Source: Macrostomum hystrix (lineage: Eukaryota; Animalia; Platyhelminthes). From it: 64,000 bases of DNA. Below are positions 60,555-64,000 of this stretch, in pieces. The stretch is from contig CATNEN010000001.1 in NCBI GenBank assembly GCA_950097015.1, positions 7,626,001-7,690,000 of the forward strand. Reading direction: 5' to 3'. The notes below the pieces were generated by a model, which saw nothing but the letters and a program-made list of their open reading frames with translations, did no database searches and was not told the origin of the DNA. Each line of letters opens with the position of its first letter. The stretch's first letter is position 1. Position numbers and translations under genes: made by a program.

Positions 60555-63500
60555 GACTGCATAAGTCAATAAACACCTGTATGATTTATGGAAATGATGT
60601 AAAAGGGAATTTATCTTAAATTTAAATACAATTGCAAACCACTTTTTCTTGAAACAATTACTTAGTTATGGTTCAAAGTTATAACATTAATAAGCTGATA
60701 GTTATTCATAATTTTTTACGGATACCAGTTTTTTAGTTGCACTTTTTGTGTCTCTTTCATAAAAAGAAACTACTTTTTTACCATTCTAAATATAATTTGT
60801 TTACTGTCATTTAGATTTCAACACTTTTTGACTTCTTGCCACTGAAAATTAGAAATATATATATTTTAACTAGCTAAATAGTAAGGTACATTAAATTGGT
60901 TGTCCACTTTTGATTGAAAAATCAAGGTGCTTCTATTAGCAATATATGCAAAATGCAAAATGATGGCAAAATGTAAATATAACAGAAAATAACAATTTGC
61001 TAAAGCCTACACAGATTTTATGCTTTACACACCTGAAATATATGAAAATGTAGAAAATATATATCAAAATTTGATGGAAAAATAGTATAACAGACTACAA
61101 AAACCTTGCTATAAAGGAAGGTTTATAGTTTATATAGTTTATATATTGTTTATATTCTCTTAAAATGTACATAGCCACATGTAAAGATAAAAAATCTGTT
61201 ACTTTGCTTACTAGTACAAAAGTATGATTTTTAATTTATCTATCTAATAGCTAGATCAGAGGACAGAATTGAATAAAAAGCTATAGTTTTTTACTTTAAG
61301 TAAAAAATGTTAACCAGCTACTTAATTTAAAAACAATACAGCTTTATTGCCATTAATTACATAAAGAGATAAGAATTTCACTAATTTTTTTTCTCTAAGC
61401 AAACGGTGGCACCCTAAAAAATAACTAACCATAAAATCTTCCTAGATAGGTAATAAAACCATATTCCCAAACAACCATAAAACCAAACACTATAAATCTC
61501 ATATAAATCACATATCTTTGAAAACACAACAAAAAGCGACATTGATTTATGCTACAGTAAAAATATGATTTTTTTACTAGAGCAAGTTTTCCCTGTCACT
61601 TATAATTGATAATTATTAAACGAAAGAATCAAATTAGTTTAATAAAAACGATGCAAGAAATAAACTTACAATGTAATTCTTTTATGAAGTCTAAGAGAGA
61701 AGAAGAATAAGAGTTGGCTTATTTCGACACCAGAATACTCTTTAGAGAATACGATTTCAACCTATTTCTTTTTCTTTGCAAGAAGTTCACACTAAGTTAC
61801 TCATAATAAGTACAACACATTTTGTGACATGGTGAAAATTGGATTTGGTTTTCGATCTTTGAAACGGAGCGACTGAATTTTTGTTAATATTTGGTAAAGA
61901 GTTCAGTTAGTAGCGAGTAAAACACAGTTTTAAACATGATTTTGTTTCAAGTGCAACTTTAACATGTATAAATAATATTTTTTAAATTGAATTATTTTCC
62001 TTGTGTGCTTTAATTCTAAGTTATTAGCAGTATTTTTACTGAACTATTGAGTCTTGCCTATTTTACTTGGTTTCAAATTGGTAACGCCCGCCATTTTTTA
62101 TTTTAGATTTGCTATGCTTTTTAAGTGCGATACCAGATGTTACGTATTTAAGTCGCTTCTTCTACAGTTTTTTGTAGTTTAAGCAAAGAGTTGTAATATT
62201 ACGTTTACAACTCTTAACTGACGGCTTCAATCATAGAATATTTTCATGAATTTTTCTAAAATTTCGAATGCATTGTCTGTTGTGAAACATACCTAATCAT
62301 TTTATCTTACCTAATTTTTGCCTAATCAATAATAGTTCAGTTATTTAGCACCGTGGATGGCTTGACAGTGAGAAAAATTAAGTTGCTTCTAATTTGCTTG
62401 AGCTGCATAATGCAAAAACACTTATTGAAAAGCATAAAAGCATGGCTGCTATGACTTTTAATACTTCGCGCCAAAGGAATTTAATAAAAATACCTTTGAA
62501 ACTGAGCTAGCTAGTTCAGTCAAAATAACAGTGTATTCATGGGTATACTTCATTGTCTAGCTGTAATGGGCTGATATTTTTTACTAAATTTATTTATGAT
62601 TACTTCAATAATTTTTTTAGACTAAATTTTACTAGATATTTAGAAGTTGTTCTATTTTAGTCTCTTGGTGAGCTGATGATTACTATATTCATTTTTTCTC
62701 TTGATGTGCAAGACATTACCTGGCATTTGGACACTAAGTGTTACTAAATATGTCATTTGTTAGGTTTCAGCTGGCATTTAAACAAAAAATATAAGTTTTG
62801 GTTTCAAATGATCTAGAGACTGGAGTCAAGATATTGTAAAAACAAAAAAATAGCAAAACAGTTTTTATGCTAGCTTTTTGTTAATGTTGATGATGCTAGC
62901 TAATTGTGAATGGTAAGTTATGCAATAGAAATGCTTGTTTTACATATATTTGTTACCATTCTGAAATAAATATCATGTTTCTATATACTAAGTATAAGAT
63001 ATATTGTGAATACTTGTGAATAAATTCAAGTTAGAAAGTTTCGGTAAATTTAGCTTATAGCTAGGAGCTATACAGTTTTACTATATTATGTGCTAATTTT
63101 TGCAGGTCACATTCAGGATAATGACCTTTTAAACTTACATGTGTTCTATAAACTTTTTTTAAAATTACTTTGAGTTTTTGCTAACTTAGTTATATTTCTG
63201 CCATTGTGTGAATAAGGTTTACTCATACTGATATGTATTATTACAATTTTTTGGTTATATAAACATATTGACTTTATTTGATTTCTATTTATGGTGTTTT
63301 ACATACACATTATTTACAAAACTGAAGAACTCTGAAGTGGTTTAACTTTTACCCAAATTCACCAACATAAAATATTCATATCATATTGCTATTAAACAGA
63401 TTTATGATTTATGCATGCTTTTAATCAGAAGAAACATTATTTTGAAACTTGTTCCGATGTATTGCTAATTAGTCAGAAGTCCTGTTTCCATTACCCACTT

Positions 63501-63707
63501 TGTTGCATCAAAAGTATGAGTGTTAAAAAGCAAGTATCCTGAGACAATGATGTGCAAAGTCATTCATCAGTATCTAAAAATAACTTGGTCCTATTGTATT
63601 TGCGCTTCTATTCAATGAGAAGAGCGCATTAAAATGCTGGCTATGTGGTATGTAGACAGGGCTGCTCGATAGAATGAAAAGCTGCTTCTTAACTTTTGCT
63701 ATCAACT

Positions 63708-64000
63708 AGGTTGTAGCCTAGTGGTTAGGGCGTCGGACTCACGACTTGAAGGTCGGGGGTTCGATTCCCGACTCCACTGGAACAATTTGCGTCCTTTAGC
63801 AAGACACTTATCTCTGCATTGCTTCAGTTCACCCAGTTGTTAAATGGGTACCAGCATCAGCTGGGATAATTGAAGGTGGGTGTGGCGTCCCCCCAGTCTG
63901 TGGACTGAACAGCTGTACGCAGCCTTCAGATGCGCCGCGCATTAGCTGCGGCTGTGCTGTCGGCTGCACATCTGACCCAATTGGGGCAGGTGTAATCAAT
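63708..64000 (+). mobile_element. CORE-type tRNA-SINE (family 1), near full length
   Basis: Box A TAGCCTAGTGG, box B GTTCGATTC, then GTCCTTTAGCAAGACACTTA...GCTTCAGTTCACCCAGTTGTTAAATGGG resembling the MIR/CORE domain; at least four other copies in the window. Confidence 0.9.

Noticed and set aside
60600-63700. Features in the AT-rich terminal stretch
   Set aside because: No ORF, repeat or motif I could support; probably the 5' intron or upstream region of the large gene
63708-63778. tRNA gene (Val-CAC-like); similar head at 26005-26070
   Set aside because: Acceptor and anticodon stems pair poorly and the sequence continues into a multi-copy SINE body

Overview
Eukaryotic (animal) genomic DNA with spliceosomal introns, many of them filled with minisatellites; this style resembles the free-living flatworm Macrostomum, but that is an inference. 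Left part, all on the minus strand in transcription order: RPS9 (has a GC-AG intron), SPCS3, LETMD1, and an SLC26 anion transporter that runs off the window start. Middle part, all on the plus strand: a divergent CTC1-like telomere CST subunit, a COX5B with a long C-terminal extension, UFSP2, and a tandem array of seven intact PM20D2-like M20D amidohydrolase genes (36.4-51.5 kb). The seven paralogs are mosaics: long blocks are nearly identical at the nucleotide level, while short segments flanking the active-site motifs are hypervariable; C-terminal types are shuffled and one intron is present in five copies and absent in two. A large low-complexity gene with AT-hook-like motifs lies on the minus strand at 54.3-60.6 kb. 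Mobile DNA includes a CORE-type tRNA-SINE family, a second tRNA-SINE, a decayed FLYWCH-MULE with an 8-bp TSD, a foldback MITE carrying a nested TA..TA-ended insert, a solo LTR nested in a minisatellite nested in a SINE, and hAT- and Kolobok-like MITEs. There are about 19 minisatellite arrays; several share a CAGATCC core, and some visibly derive from SINE or coding sequence. Exon boundaries were read by eye and family calls are from remembered motifs; no searches were run.
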